Both the position numbers and the translations under genes were made by a program. Of a DNA stretch of 64,000 nucleotides, positions 55,905 to 64,000 are shown piece after piece; position 1 is the first letter of the stretch, and every line of letters begins with the position of its first letter. The stretch comes from Oscillospiraceae bacterium (GTDB lineage: Bacteria > Bacillota > Clostridia > Oscillospirales > Oscillospiraceae), in assembly GCA_017937195.1 (NCBI GenBank), contig JAGBEA010000048.1, positions 16,188-80,187 on the forward strand, written 5' to 3'. The notes below the pieces were generated by a model, which was given only the letters and a program-made list of their open reading frames with translations, did no database searches and had not been told where the DNA came from.

Positions 55905-56897
55905 TCAGCGCTCCTCGCGGAAGTAGTTGAGACCCAGACCCTCGGGGGGCTGATTCTCCTTCTGATTGCGCATAGAGGAAACGATCAGCACGATGACGGT
56001 CACCACATAGGGCAGGATCTTGTAGATCTGCATGGGGATGAAGGGGATGTTCAGGCGCAGATACAGAATCATCAGTGCGCCGAACAGAATACTGCCCCAG
56101 ATGGAGGACAGCGGACGCCACAGACAGAAGATGACCAGTGCCACGGCCAGCCAGCCCACGCCGGACAGACCCTCGTGGTTCCACACGCAGCCGGCGATGG
56201 TCATAATGTAGACCATACCACCGATGGCGGAGATACCGCCGCCGATGACGGTGGCCAGATAGCGGTAGCGGGTCACATTGATGCCGGCGGCATCGGCGGT
56301 GGCGGGGCTTTCACCCACGCTGCGCAGGTACAGACCCTTGCGGCTGCGCTTGAGGAAGAGATGCATGGCGATAGCCAGCACCACGCCCATATAGAAGAAG
56401 ACGCTGCTGCTGAAGAGGATGGGACCCACCACGGGGATTTCCTGCAGGAAGGCGGGGAAGGGGGAATTCTGGAAGAAGCCCTTCAGGCTGTTGCTGATGG
56501 CAATGTAGCCGCCTTCGCTGACGCGCATATACTCGCCGATAAACTGACCGACGCCGGTACCGAAGATGGAGAGGGCGAGACCGGTCACGTTCTGGTTGGC
56601 GCGCAGGGTAATGGTGATAAAGCTGAAGATCAGCGAGGCGATGCAGCCTGCGATAAAGGCGCAGAGGATTCCTACGATAACAGCCACGATGCCGTTGGCA
56701 TTGCCGGTCAGCTTTTCGTAGTAGAACACGCCGCCCAGACCGACAGCGCCGCCCATAAACATAATACCCTCAACACCAAGGTTCAGGTTGCCGGACTTTT
56801 CCGTCAAAATCTCGCCCAGCGTACCGAACAGGAAGGGGGTGCCGTAGGTAATGGCGGCAACGATGAGGGCAATCGTCAGATTCACAAACTCAGGCAT
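55905..56897 (-). CDS. Nucleoside/purine ABC transporter permease
   Basis: [17 protein letters not shown] and G.GWLAVA motifs. Confidence 0.9.
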   Translation of the reverse strand: MPEFVNLTIALIVAAITYGTPFLFGTLGEILTEKSGNLNLGVEGIMFMGGAVGLGGVFYYEKLTGNANGIVAVIVGILCAFIAGCIASLIFSFITITLRANQNVTGLALSIFGTGVGQFIGEYMRVSEGGYIAISNSLKGFFQNSPFPAFLQEIPVVGPILFSSSVFFYMGVVLAIAMHLFLKRSRKGLYLRSVGESPATADAAGINVTRYRYLATVIGGGISAIGGMVYIMTIAGCVWNHEGLSGVGWLAVALVIFCLWRPLSSIWGSILFGALMILYLRLNIPFIPMQIYKILPYVVTVIVLIVSSMRNQKENQPPEGLGLNYFREER

Positions 56898-58008
56898 TCT
56901 CGTTGGCCTCCTTTCCTTCGGCTGCGGCTTCCTTCTGCTGCTTCTTGGCGCGCAGGATCAGGCGGAAGTTGATAAAGAACTCGCAGCCCAGCATGCAGAA
57001 CAGCAGGATACCGGTGATGATCTCGGAGATAGAGGCGGGCACTGCCAGACGGGTCTGCAACGTTTCCGCGCCCTTGGTAAGAACGGCCAGCAGACCGGAG
57101 ATGGCCACCATAGCGAAGGCATTCAGCTGTGCCAGCCACGCAACGGTGATGGAGGTGAAGCCTACACCGTCGGCAACACCGTGATACAGCGTGCCGTTGG
57201 CACCGGAGGCCACGATGAAGCCCACCAGACCGCTGATGGCGCCGGAGATAAACATGGTGCGCATCATAATGCGGCCCACGTTCATACCGGCATAGCGGGC
57301 GGTGTTGATGGAGTCGCCGATCACGGCGATCTCATAACCGTGCTTGGTGTGGCGCATATAGATATGCATCAGCACCACAAGGATCAGCACGATGATCCAG
57401 CCGCAATGCACACCCAGCACACGGGGCAGGCAGGCATTTTCGGCAAACTGCGGGATCACCTGAGAGCCCTTACGACCCTCCCAGGGACCGCCCTCCAGCC
57501 AGCGGACGATACCGATGACGATATAGTTCATCATCAGCGTAAACAGCGTTTCGTTGGTGTTCCACTTGGCCTTGAAGAAAGCGGGGATCAGCGCCCAGAT
57601 ACCGCCGGCAATCGCACCGGCTGCACCCATAATGACCAGCAGGGGCAGGGCGGGCAGCTTGTCAGCCCAGTACAGAGCGAAGTAGCTGGCGGCGATAGCG
57701 CCGGCTGTGATCTGACCTTCGGCACCGATGTTCCAGAAGCGCATTTTGAAGCACGGAGCGATAGCCAGTGCGCAGCCCAGCAGGGGAACGGCGATCTTTG
57801 CCGTCTGGCGCAGAGCCGTCTTTTTACCAAGAGAGCCGGAGATAATGGTGCCGTAAGCCTCAATGGGGTTGACGCCGATGGCCATCAGGATGAAGCCGCC
57901 CAGCAGCAGTGCCAGCAGGATCGAGCCGATGCGGATGGCCCAGACCTGACCCTTAGGCATCATTTCCCGCTTGGCGAGGCGGATCAGCGGTTCATGCTTT
58001 TTATTCAT
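56890..58008 (-). CDS. Nucleoside/purine ABC transporter permease
   Basis: FWNIGAEGQ and NTARYAGMN motifs. Confidence 0.9.
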   Translation of the reverse strand: MNKKHEPLIRLAKREMMPKGQVWAIRIGSILLALLLGGFILMAIGVNPIEAYGTIISGSLGKKTALRQTAKIAVPLLGCALAIAPCFKMRFWNIGAEGQITAGAIAASYFALYWADKLPALPLLVIMGAAGAIAGGIWALIPAFFKAKWNTNETLFTLMMNYIVIGIVRWLEGGPWEGRKGSQVIPQFAENACLPRVLGVHCGWIIVLILVVLMHIYMRHTKHGYEIAVIGDSINTARYAGMNVGRIMMRTMFISGAISGLVGFIVASGANGTLYHGVADGVGFTSITVAWLAQLNAFAMVAISGLLAVLTKGAETLQTRLAVPASISEIITGILLFCMLGCEFFINFRLILRAKKQQKEAAAEGKEANENA

Positions 58009-59550
58009 TTACTCCGCCTCCTTTCCGCCTACACGGGTCATCAGCAGACCCACTTCTTCCTTGGTGGTGGTGCGCGCATCCACGATGCCGCTGACCTTAC
58101 CGCCGCACAGCACCAGAATCCGGTCGCACAGCTCCAGCAAAACATCCAGATCCTCGCCCACATACACAACGGCGACACCCTGCATTTTCTGCTCGGTCAA
58201 GAGGTTGTAGATGGTGTAGGACGTGTTGATATCCAGACCGCGCACAGCGTAGGCGGTCATCAGAACAGAGGGAGCGCTGGCGATCTCGCGTCCCACCAGC
58301 ACCTTCTGCACGTTACCGCCGGACATACGGCGGACGGGGAACTCGGTGCTGGGAGTCACGACCTCCAGATCGTGCCAGATCTGGTTGGCCAGTTTGTTGG
58401 GGTCTTTTCGGTTGACGAAAATGCTCTTACCCTTGCGCCACGAGCGCAGCATCATATTGCCGGTCATACCCATGGAGCCCACCAGACCCATGCCCAGACG
58501 ATCCTCGGGCACGAAGGCCATAGCTACGCCGGATTTGCGGATCTGCATAGGCGACTTGCCCACCAGATCGGAGGGGGCAGCTTCGTCAGGTGTGTACATA
58601 ATGGAGCCGGAGGATACGGGGTGGAGACCGGCGATGCACTCCAGCAGCTCGCGCTGACCGGAGCCTGCCACGCCGGCGATACCCAGAATCTCGCCGCCCA
58701 TAGCGGTAAAGCTCACATCGTCCAGACGCTTGACGCCCTCTGCATCGAAGCAGGAGACGCCGCTCAGGGACAGACGGGGGACGGGCTTTTCGTAGGTGGG
58801 ACGGTCGATGTTCAGCGTCACGGTGTGACCCACCATCATATCCGTCAGTGCCTGCGGATTGGTCTCGGCGGTGTTGACAGTGCCGATGTACTTGCCCTTA
58901 CGGAGAACGGCTACTTTATCGGACAGCGCCATCACCTCGTGGAGCTTGTGGGTGATGATAACGATGGCTTTGCCGTCAGCGCGCATATTGCGCAGCACGG
59001 CGAACAGCTTGTCAGTTTCCTGAGGAGTCAGCACGGCGGTGGGCTCATCGAGAATCAAAATATCGGCGCCGCGGTACAGAACTTTGATGATCTCCACCGT
59101 CTGCTTCTGGGAGACGGACATATCATAGATCTTCTTGGTAGGATCGATGTCGAAGCCATACTTTTCGCAGATGGCCCGCACCTTTGCGTTGGTCTGGTTC
59201 ATATCCAGCTTTTCCTCATCGTCCAGACCCAGAACGATGTTTTCCGCAGCGGTGAACACGTCTACCAGCTTGTAGTGCTGGTGGATCATACCGATGCCGT
59301 AGCGGAACGCATCCTTGGGGGAGGAGATGGTGACTTTTTCGCCGCCAACGCAGATCTCGCCTTCGTCGGGATAGTAAATGCCGGAGAGCATATTCATCAG
59401 CGTGGTCTTGCCGCTGCCGTTTTCACCCAACAAAGAGAGAATTTCACCACGGTTCAGGCTCAGGTTGATGCCATCGTTTGCAACGACAGAACCAAAGCGC
59501 TTCGTGATGTTTTTCAATTCAATAGCGCAAACAGTTTCCAAGGCTGTCAT
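58009..59550 (-). CDS. Nucleoside/purine ABC transporter ATP-binding protein (fused double ATPase)
   Basis: GENGSGKTT, LILDEPTAVL and MSGGNVQK motifs. Exact start uncertain. Confidence 0.92.
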   Translation of the reverse strand: MTALETVCAIELKNITKRFGSVVANDGINLSLNRGEILSLLGENGSGKTTLMNMLSGIYYPDEGEICVGGEKVTISSPKDAFRYGIGMIHQHYKLVDVFTAAENIVLGLDDEEKLDMNQTNAKVRAICEKYGFDIDPTKKIYDMSVSQKQTVEIIKVLYRGADILILDEPTAVLTPQETDKLFAVLRNMRADGKAIVIITHKLHEVMALSDKVAVLRKGKYIGTVNTAETNPQALTDMMVGHTVTLNIDRPTYEKPVPRLSLSGVSCFDAEGVKRLDDVSFTAMGGEILGIAGVAGSGQRELLECIAGLHPVSSGSIMYTPDEAAPSDLVGKSPMQIRKSGVAMAFVPEDRLGMGLVGSMGMTGNMMLRSWRKGKSIFVNRKDPNKLANQIWHDLEVVTPSTEFPVRRMSGGNVQKVLVGREIASAPSVLMTAYAVRGLDINTSYTIYNLLTEQKMQGVAVVYVGEDLDVLLELCDRILVLCGGKVSGIVDARTTTKEEVGLLMTRVGGKEAE

Positions 59551-59628
59551 CCTTTCTATGCGTGGGGTGGGGGTTTATGAAAAAGAGAGGCTGCCGGGGG
59601 ACAGCCTCTCTATTTACCTGAGGGGGAA

Positions 59629-60846
59629 TTAGAACGCAGAGTTCAGCCAGGTGATACCGTCGATCTGCAGTGCGAAGTAGGGAGCAGACTGGAAGTAAGA
59701 CTCGTGGTAAGCACCGTCGAACACAGCTTCCTCAGAATCGGGAGCGAAGTCGCCGTTGGTATCCAGAGCGAAGGAGTTGGTCACAGCAGCGCCCTGAACG
59801 GTGAACTTGGAGGTATCAAAGACCTGCAGCTTGCCGTCCTTGATGTCCTTCTCAACAGCAGCCAGCTTGTCAGCAGTGCCGGCAGCGGCGATCTTGGTGT
59901 TCAGATCGGTCATCACAACAGCGCCGTCAGCCAGACCCTTGCACCAATCCTGCTCCAGCTCGCCGCCGTTGACGATGGTCTCAATGGCGTGAGTGAAGTA
60001 GACGGACCAGTCGATACGGGTGCCGATCAGGGAAGCCTCGGGAGCCACAGAGATCATATCGTTGTTATAACCGGTGTGGAAAGCGCCCTTGGACTGAGCA
60101 GTGGTAGCGGGGGTGGTGTTGTCGGAGTGCTGGGAGATCAGCACGCAGCCGGCGTCGCACAGAGCGTCAGCGGCGGTACCCTCAGCGGTAGCGTCGGACC
60201 AGGAGCCCACGAACTGCACCTTCATGGTGACGGAGGGGCAGACGCTCTTGGCGCCCAGATAGTAGGAGGTAAAGCCGGAGATAACCTCAGCGAAGGAGAA
60301 AGCGCCAACGTAGCCGATGACAGCCTTGTCAGCAGTGATCTTGCCGCCGTCGATCATTTCCTGCAGCTTCATACCGGCAACCACGCCGGCCAGATAACGG
60401 CCCTCGTAGATGTTGGCGAAAGCGTTGTGGGTGTTCTTCAGATCATCGCACCAGGAAGCCTGGTTGGTGCAGCCGATGAAGGTGATGTCGGGATAGTCGG
60501 GAGCTACCTTCAGCATGAAAGGCTCATGACCGAAGGAGTTGTTGATGATGATCTTGCAGCCTTCTTCGGCCAGCTCGATGTTGGCATCCTCGCACTTGGA
60601 GTCCTCGCCAATGTTGTACTTGACGACCCACTCAACATTGATGCCCTTGGCCTTCAGAGCCTCGGTAGCAGCTTCCTTGCCGCGGATAAAGTTGTAGGTG
60701 TAGCCCTGATCGTTCTCGTCACCGATGCAGATCAGACCGACCTTGATGGTTTTGCCATCCTTGCCGCCGTCATCGTCCTTGTTGCCGCAGGCAACCAGAG
60801 ACAGAGCCATGACCAGAGCCAGGATGAGAGCAAGAATTTTCTTCAT
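59629..60846 (-). CDS. BMP-family ABC substrate-binding lipoprotein
   Basis: Lipobox LVACG, YEGRYLAG and SQHSD motifs. Confidence 0.9.
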   Translation of the reverse strand: MKKILALILALVMALSLVACGNKDDDGGKDGKTIKVGLICIGDENDQGYTYNFIRGKEAATEALKAKGINVEWVVKYNIGEDSKCEDANIELAEEGCKIIINNSFGHEPFMLKVAPDYPDITFIGCTNQASWCDDLKNTHNAFANIYEGRYLAGVVAGMKLQEMIDGGKITADKAVIGYVGAFSFAEVISGFTSYYLGAKSVCPSVTMKVQFVGSWSDATAEGTAADALCDAGCVLISQHSDNTTPATTAQSKGAFHTGYNNDMISVAPEASLIGTRIDWSVYFTHAIETIVNGGELEQDWCKGLADGAVVMTDLNTKIAAAGTADKLAAVEKDIKDGKLQVFDTSKFTVQGAAVTNSFALDTNGDFAPDSEEAVFDGAYHESYFQSAPYFALQIDGITWLNSAF

Positions 60847-60929
60847 ACTTGTGATCCTCCTTAAATTTTTTGGCGTCCGATATTGTTTGTACTTATGAAT
60901 CGGGAGACTCCCCGAAGTCTTACAGGAGA

Positions 60930-60991
60930 ATTATACACGAAAAAAGGAAAGTCTGCAACAAAAAATGTCAGCGGATTCCCGTTTTCTGACA
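60930..60991 (-). promoter_or_regulatory. SigmaA promoter with upstream palindromic operator
   Basis: Minus strand TTGCAG-17 nt-TATAAT. TGTCAG-N14-CTGACA palindrome at 60966-60991, just upstream of the -35. Confidence 0.65.
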
Positions 60992-61054
60992 AAATACTAA
61001 AGGAGAGAAGAAGGGGGAGCGGTGTTTTCTGAAAATTGAACAATCTGCGGCCCG

Positions 61055-61990
61055 TTACTGGCGCACCAGCGTGCCGGTTTTGCCCTCAATGCCGTCGCGC
61101 GCTTTCTCCAGCGCGGTGATCAACGCCTTGCGTCCGGGCTTGGACTGGGCGAACTGCACCGCAGCCTGCACCTTGGGCAGCATAGAGCCGGGGGCGAACT
61201 GGCCCTGCGCGATGTAGACCTGCGCCTCCTCGGGGGTAAGGGAGGAGAGCCACTGCTCATTTTCCTTGCCGAAGTTGATGGCTACCTTCTCCACGGCGGT
61301 GAGAATGATCAGCATATCGGCGTCCAGCTGCTGTGCCATCAGGGAAGAGGCAAAATCCTTGTCGACCACAGCCGCCGCGCCGCGCAGATGGTTGCCCTCC
61401 TCGATAACGGGGATACCGCCGCCGCCGCAGGCGATGACCACCGCGCCGCCGTCAGACAGCATCCGGATGCAGGGGATCTCCACGATGTCGATGGGGATGG
61501 GGGAGGCCACATAGCGCCGCCAGCCGCGGCCGGAATCCTCCTTCATGATGTAGCCGGTTTTTTCGGCAATTTCCCGCGCCTGCTCCTCGGACAAAAACTT
61601 ACCGATGGGCTTGGTGGGGTTTTGGAACGCGGGGTCGTCTTTATCCACCACGGTCTGTGTGACGATGGTGCAGACCGGCTTTTCAATGCCGCGGTTCAGC
61701 AGCTCCTCACGCAGCGCACCCTGCAGGTCGTAGCCGATGTACGCCTCGCTCATCGCGCCGCAGACCGACAGCGGCGTGATGCCCTGCGACTGATCCTCGT
61801 GGGTCAGCGCGATCATACCGTTGTTGATGATGCCCACCTGCGGACCGTTGCCGTGGGCGAGGATCACCTCATTGCCCTGCTCGATCAGGTCCACGATGGC
61901 TTTGGCGGTGATGCGGACGGCGCGTGCCTGCTCGGGCAGCGTTGTGCCAAGCGCATTGCCGCCCAGTGCAATAACGATCCGTTGTTTCAT
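61055..61990 (-). CDS. arcC: Carbamate kinase
   Basis: IALGGNALG, HGNGPQVG, VVDKDFAS and GSMLPKV motifs. Confidence 0.95.
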   Translation of the reverse strand: MKQRIVIALGGNALGTTLPEQARAVRITAKAIVDLIEQGNEVILAHGNGPQVGIINNGMIALTHEDQSQGITPLSVCGAMSEAYIGYDLQGALREELLNRGIEKPVCTIVTQTVVDKDDPAFQNPTKPIGKFLSEEQAREIAEKTGYIMKEDSGRGWRRYVASPIPIDIVEIPCIRMLSDGGAVVIACGGGGIPVIEEGNHLRGAAAVVDKDFASSLMAQQLDADMLIILTAVEKVAINFGKENEQWLSSLTPEEAQVYIAQGQFAPGSMLPKVQAAVQFAQSKPGRKALITALEKARDGIEGKTGTLVRQ

Positions 61991-62101
61991 AACATACCTC
62001 CGGGTCAAAAAGTGAGAAAGCAGGTCTGCTGTCGGATTGTCTGGTTTCACACGGTTACGGTGGGAACGAACAAGGCAGCAGACCTGCTTCAAGGTCAGTG
62101 A

Positions 62102-63295
62102 TCAGTGATTCTTACGGGTGTTTTCGCCGGCATCCATATCCAGCAGTGCCTGCACGGGATCCTTGATCTGGGCAAGGAAGATCATAGCGGCGATGATATA
62201 GGGCTTAAAGCTGGCCTCCTTGTACAGCGGCACGATGTAGCGGTCGAACACGGAGTTGTCGACCTCACCTTCCTCGCAGCTCAAACCGGTGATGTCGGCG
62301 GGCAGGCAGTGCAGATAGAGAGCCTTGCCATCCTTTGTCAGCTTCATCATCTCCTCCGAGCAGGTCCAGTCCTTATGCTGGGCATTCTGTGCCAGCAGGC
62401 GCTGCTCCAGCTCATCGATGCCGTCCTTATCGCCGGCCTGATACAGCTTGGTGCGCTCCTCCATAGCGGCAAAGGGCGCCCAGCTCTTGGGATAGACGAT
62501 GTCAGCGTCGGCGAAGGCTTCCGCCATGGAGTTGGTCTTGGTGAAGGAACCGCCGGTCTTTTCGGCGTTGGCGGCGGCGATCTGCTCCACCTCGGGCATT
62601 ACCTCATAGCCTTCGGGATGTGCCAGCACGACATCCATGCCAAAGCGGGTGAACAGACCGATCACGCCCTGGGGCACAGACAGAGGCTTACCGTAAGAGG
62701 GAGAATAGGCCCAGGTCATGGCGACCTTCTTGCCCTTCAGGTTCTCCACACCGCCGAACTCGTGGATGATGTGCAGCATATCGGCCATGCACTGGGTGGG
62801 GTGATCCACGTCGCACTGCAGGTTCACCAGCGTGGGGCGCTGCTCCAGAATGCCGTCGCCGTAGCCGTCCTCCAGCGCGTCCATAAAGGTCTTCATATAC
62901 TTGTGACCCTCGCCGATGAACATATCATCGCGGATACCGATGACATCGGCCATAAAGGACACCATGTTGGCAGTTTCGCGCACCGTCTCGCCGTGTGCGA
63001 TCTGGGACTTCTTCTCGTCCAGATCCTGCACCTCCAGACCCAGCAGATTGCAGGCGGAGGCGAAGGAGAAGCGGGTGCGGGTAGAGTTGTCGCGGAAGAT
63101 CGAAATGCCCAGTCCGGAGTCGAACACGCGGGTGGACTTGTTGCGCTCACGCAGATCGCGCAGTGCGTCAGCCACCGTGAAGATGGCCTCCAGCTCCTCG
63201 TCGGTCTTATCCCACGTCCAGTAGAAGTCCTTGCGGTACATATCGGCGATGTTCAGCTTTTCCAGCTTGCGTGCCAGTTCCACAGTTTTGCTCAT
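62102..63295 (-). CDS. ygeW: Knotted carbamoyltransferase YgeW family
   Basis: FRDNSTRTRFSF, NLQCDVDHPTQ, WAYSPSYGKPLSVPQG and YLHCLPADI motifs. Confidence 0.93.
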   Translation of the reverse strand: MSKTVELARKLEKLNIADMYRKDFYWTWDKTDEELEAIFTVADALRDLRERNKSTRVFDSGLGISIFRDNSTRTRFSFASACNLLGLEVQDLDEKKSQIAHGETVRETANMVSFMADVIGIRDDMFIGEGHKYMKTFMDALEDGYGDGILEQRPTLVNLQCDVDHPTQCMADMLHIIHEFGGVENLKGKKVAMTWAYSPSYGKPLSVPQGVIGLFTRFGMDVVLAHPEGYEVMPEVEQIAAANAEKTGGSFTKTNSMAEAFADADIVYPKSWAPFAAMEERTKLYQAGDKDGIDELEQRLLAQNAQHKDWTCSEEMMKLTKDGKALYLHCLPADITGLSCEEGEVDNSVFDRYIVPLYKEASFKPYIIAAMIFLAQIKDPVQALLDMDAGENTRKNH

Positions 63296-63326
63296 AGTCG
63301 TAATCTCCTTCTCTCGTTTTGGGCAG

Positions 63327-64000
63327 TTACTTAATATCGTTGTCCGTCAGGCTCTGGCGGAACTGCGTGACGCTCTGGCTCTTGTCGCCGGGCTGATACA
63401 GCATGGGAACGGCGGCATAGAGGGCGGCGCAGGTGACCAGATCCTGCTTCCAGATGATCTCATTGGGGGCGTGAGCCTGACTCTCCGCACCGGGACCGAA
63501 GCCCACGCAGGGGATGCCGTAGCGACCCTGAATGGACACGCCGTTGGTGGAGAAGGTCCACTTGTCGGTGAGGGGGCGACCCTCACGCAGCGCCTGCGCC
63601 TGCGCATCGGGAGCCAGACGCTTCTCGCCCCACAGCGCGTGGTGTGCCTTGATCAGCGCCTGCACGTGGGGCGCGGACTCGTGATTGATCCACGTGGGGA
63701 AGAAGCACTCCGTCTCATAGACGGTGCCGGTCCACGCAGGACGGTCATACATATACATACTGACGGTCACATCGTCGCCGTACTTGCGCACGCTGGGCAG
63801 ATCGCGGATCTCCTGCAGGCAGGAATCCCACGTCTCACCGGCGGTCATACGGCGGTCGATAGAGATGGAGCAGCTGTCCGCCACAGCGCAGCGGGAGGGG
63901 GAGGTGTAGAAGATCTGGCTGGTGGTGCAGGTGCCGCGGCCGAGGAAACGGGCGTCCTCGTAGTGCTCGGGATTGTACTTGGGCTCCAGCATCTTCACAA
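63327..64000 (-). CDS. ygeY: YgeY-family M20 hydrolase (3' part; 5' end beyond window)
   Basis: [27 protein letters not shown] and [14 protein letters not shown] motifs. Adjacent to ygeW. Confidence 0.88.
   Translation of the reverse strand, partial: VKMLEPKYNPEHYEDARFLGRGTCTTSQIFYTSPSRCAVADSCSISIDRRMTAGETWDSCLQEIRDLPSVRKYGDDVTVSMYMYDRPAWTGTVYETECFFPTWINHESAPHVQALIKAHHALWGEKRLAPDAQAQALREGRPLTDKWTFSTNGVSIQGRYGIPCVGFGPGAESQAHAPNEIIWKQDLVTCAALYAAVPMLYQPGDKSQSVTQFRQSLTDNDIK

Noticed and set aside
60847-61054. Purine riboswitch upstream of the BMP lipoprotein
   Set aside because: The conserved purine aptamer pattern (ATATGG...TTTCTACC...CCGTAAA) is not present on the minus strand.

Overview
High-GC Clostridia-type DNA; the gene content suggests Oscillospiraceae (inference). 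(1) 425-12437: a compact one-strand virion-morphogenesis cluster (TerS, TerL, portal, Prp protease, scaffold, N4-gp56-type capsid, adaptor, nozzle-like protein, fibre, PG-binding protein). The window shows no integrase, replication, repressor, tape-measure or lysis genes. Two copies of an 81-bp non-sigmaA promoter architecture precede its two transcription units. It is a candidate gene-transfer-agent-like element. (2) 14151-17144: a metQ-metN-metI operon preceded by a Met-rich leader peptide and mutually exclusive terminator/antiterminator hairpins, i.e. a candidate ribosome-dependent methionine attenuator. The MetQ is circularly permuted. (3) 17318-17509: a small basic ORF with an intrinsic terminator inside its coding sequence, a candidate ArfA/BrfA-like ribosome rescue factor. 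(4) Housekeeping genes: lipid enzymes, a xanthine-dehydrogenase-family trio, TSUP, DegV and a VTC/DUF4956/Cthe_2159 operon. (5) 31030-45151: a Wzx/Wzy polysaccharide locus with the WbpA/B/E/D 2,3-diacetamido-uronate pathway and an LpxD-like acyltransferase. (6) fliB-like, yqeC, an IS30 element, rsmA, an ECF sigma pair and rluA. (7) A nucleoside/purine ABC transporter and the arcC-ygeW-ygeY purine-catabolism genes. Four copies of a dispersed ~250-bp structured repeat with covarying hairpins, two of them flanked by direct repeats, and three GTAG-type REPs lie in intergenic regions. No tRNA, rRNA or CRISPR array was found. All family assignments come from motif recognition by eye, not database searches.
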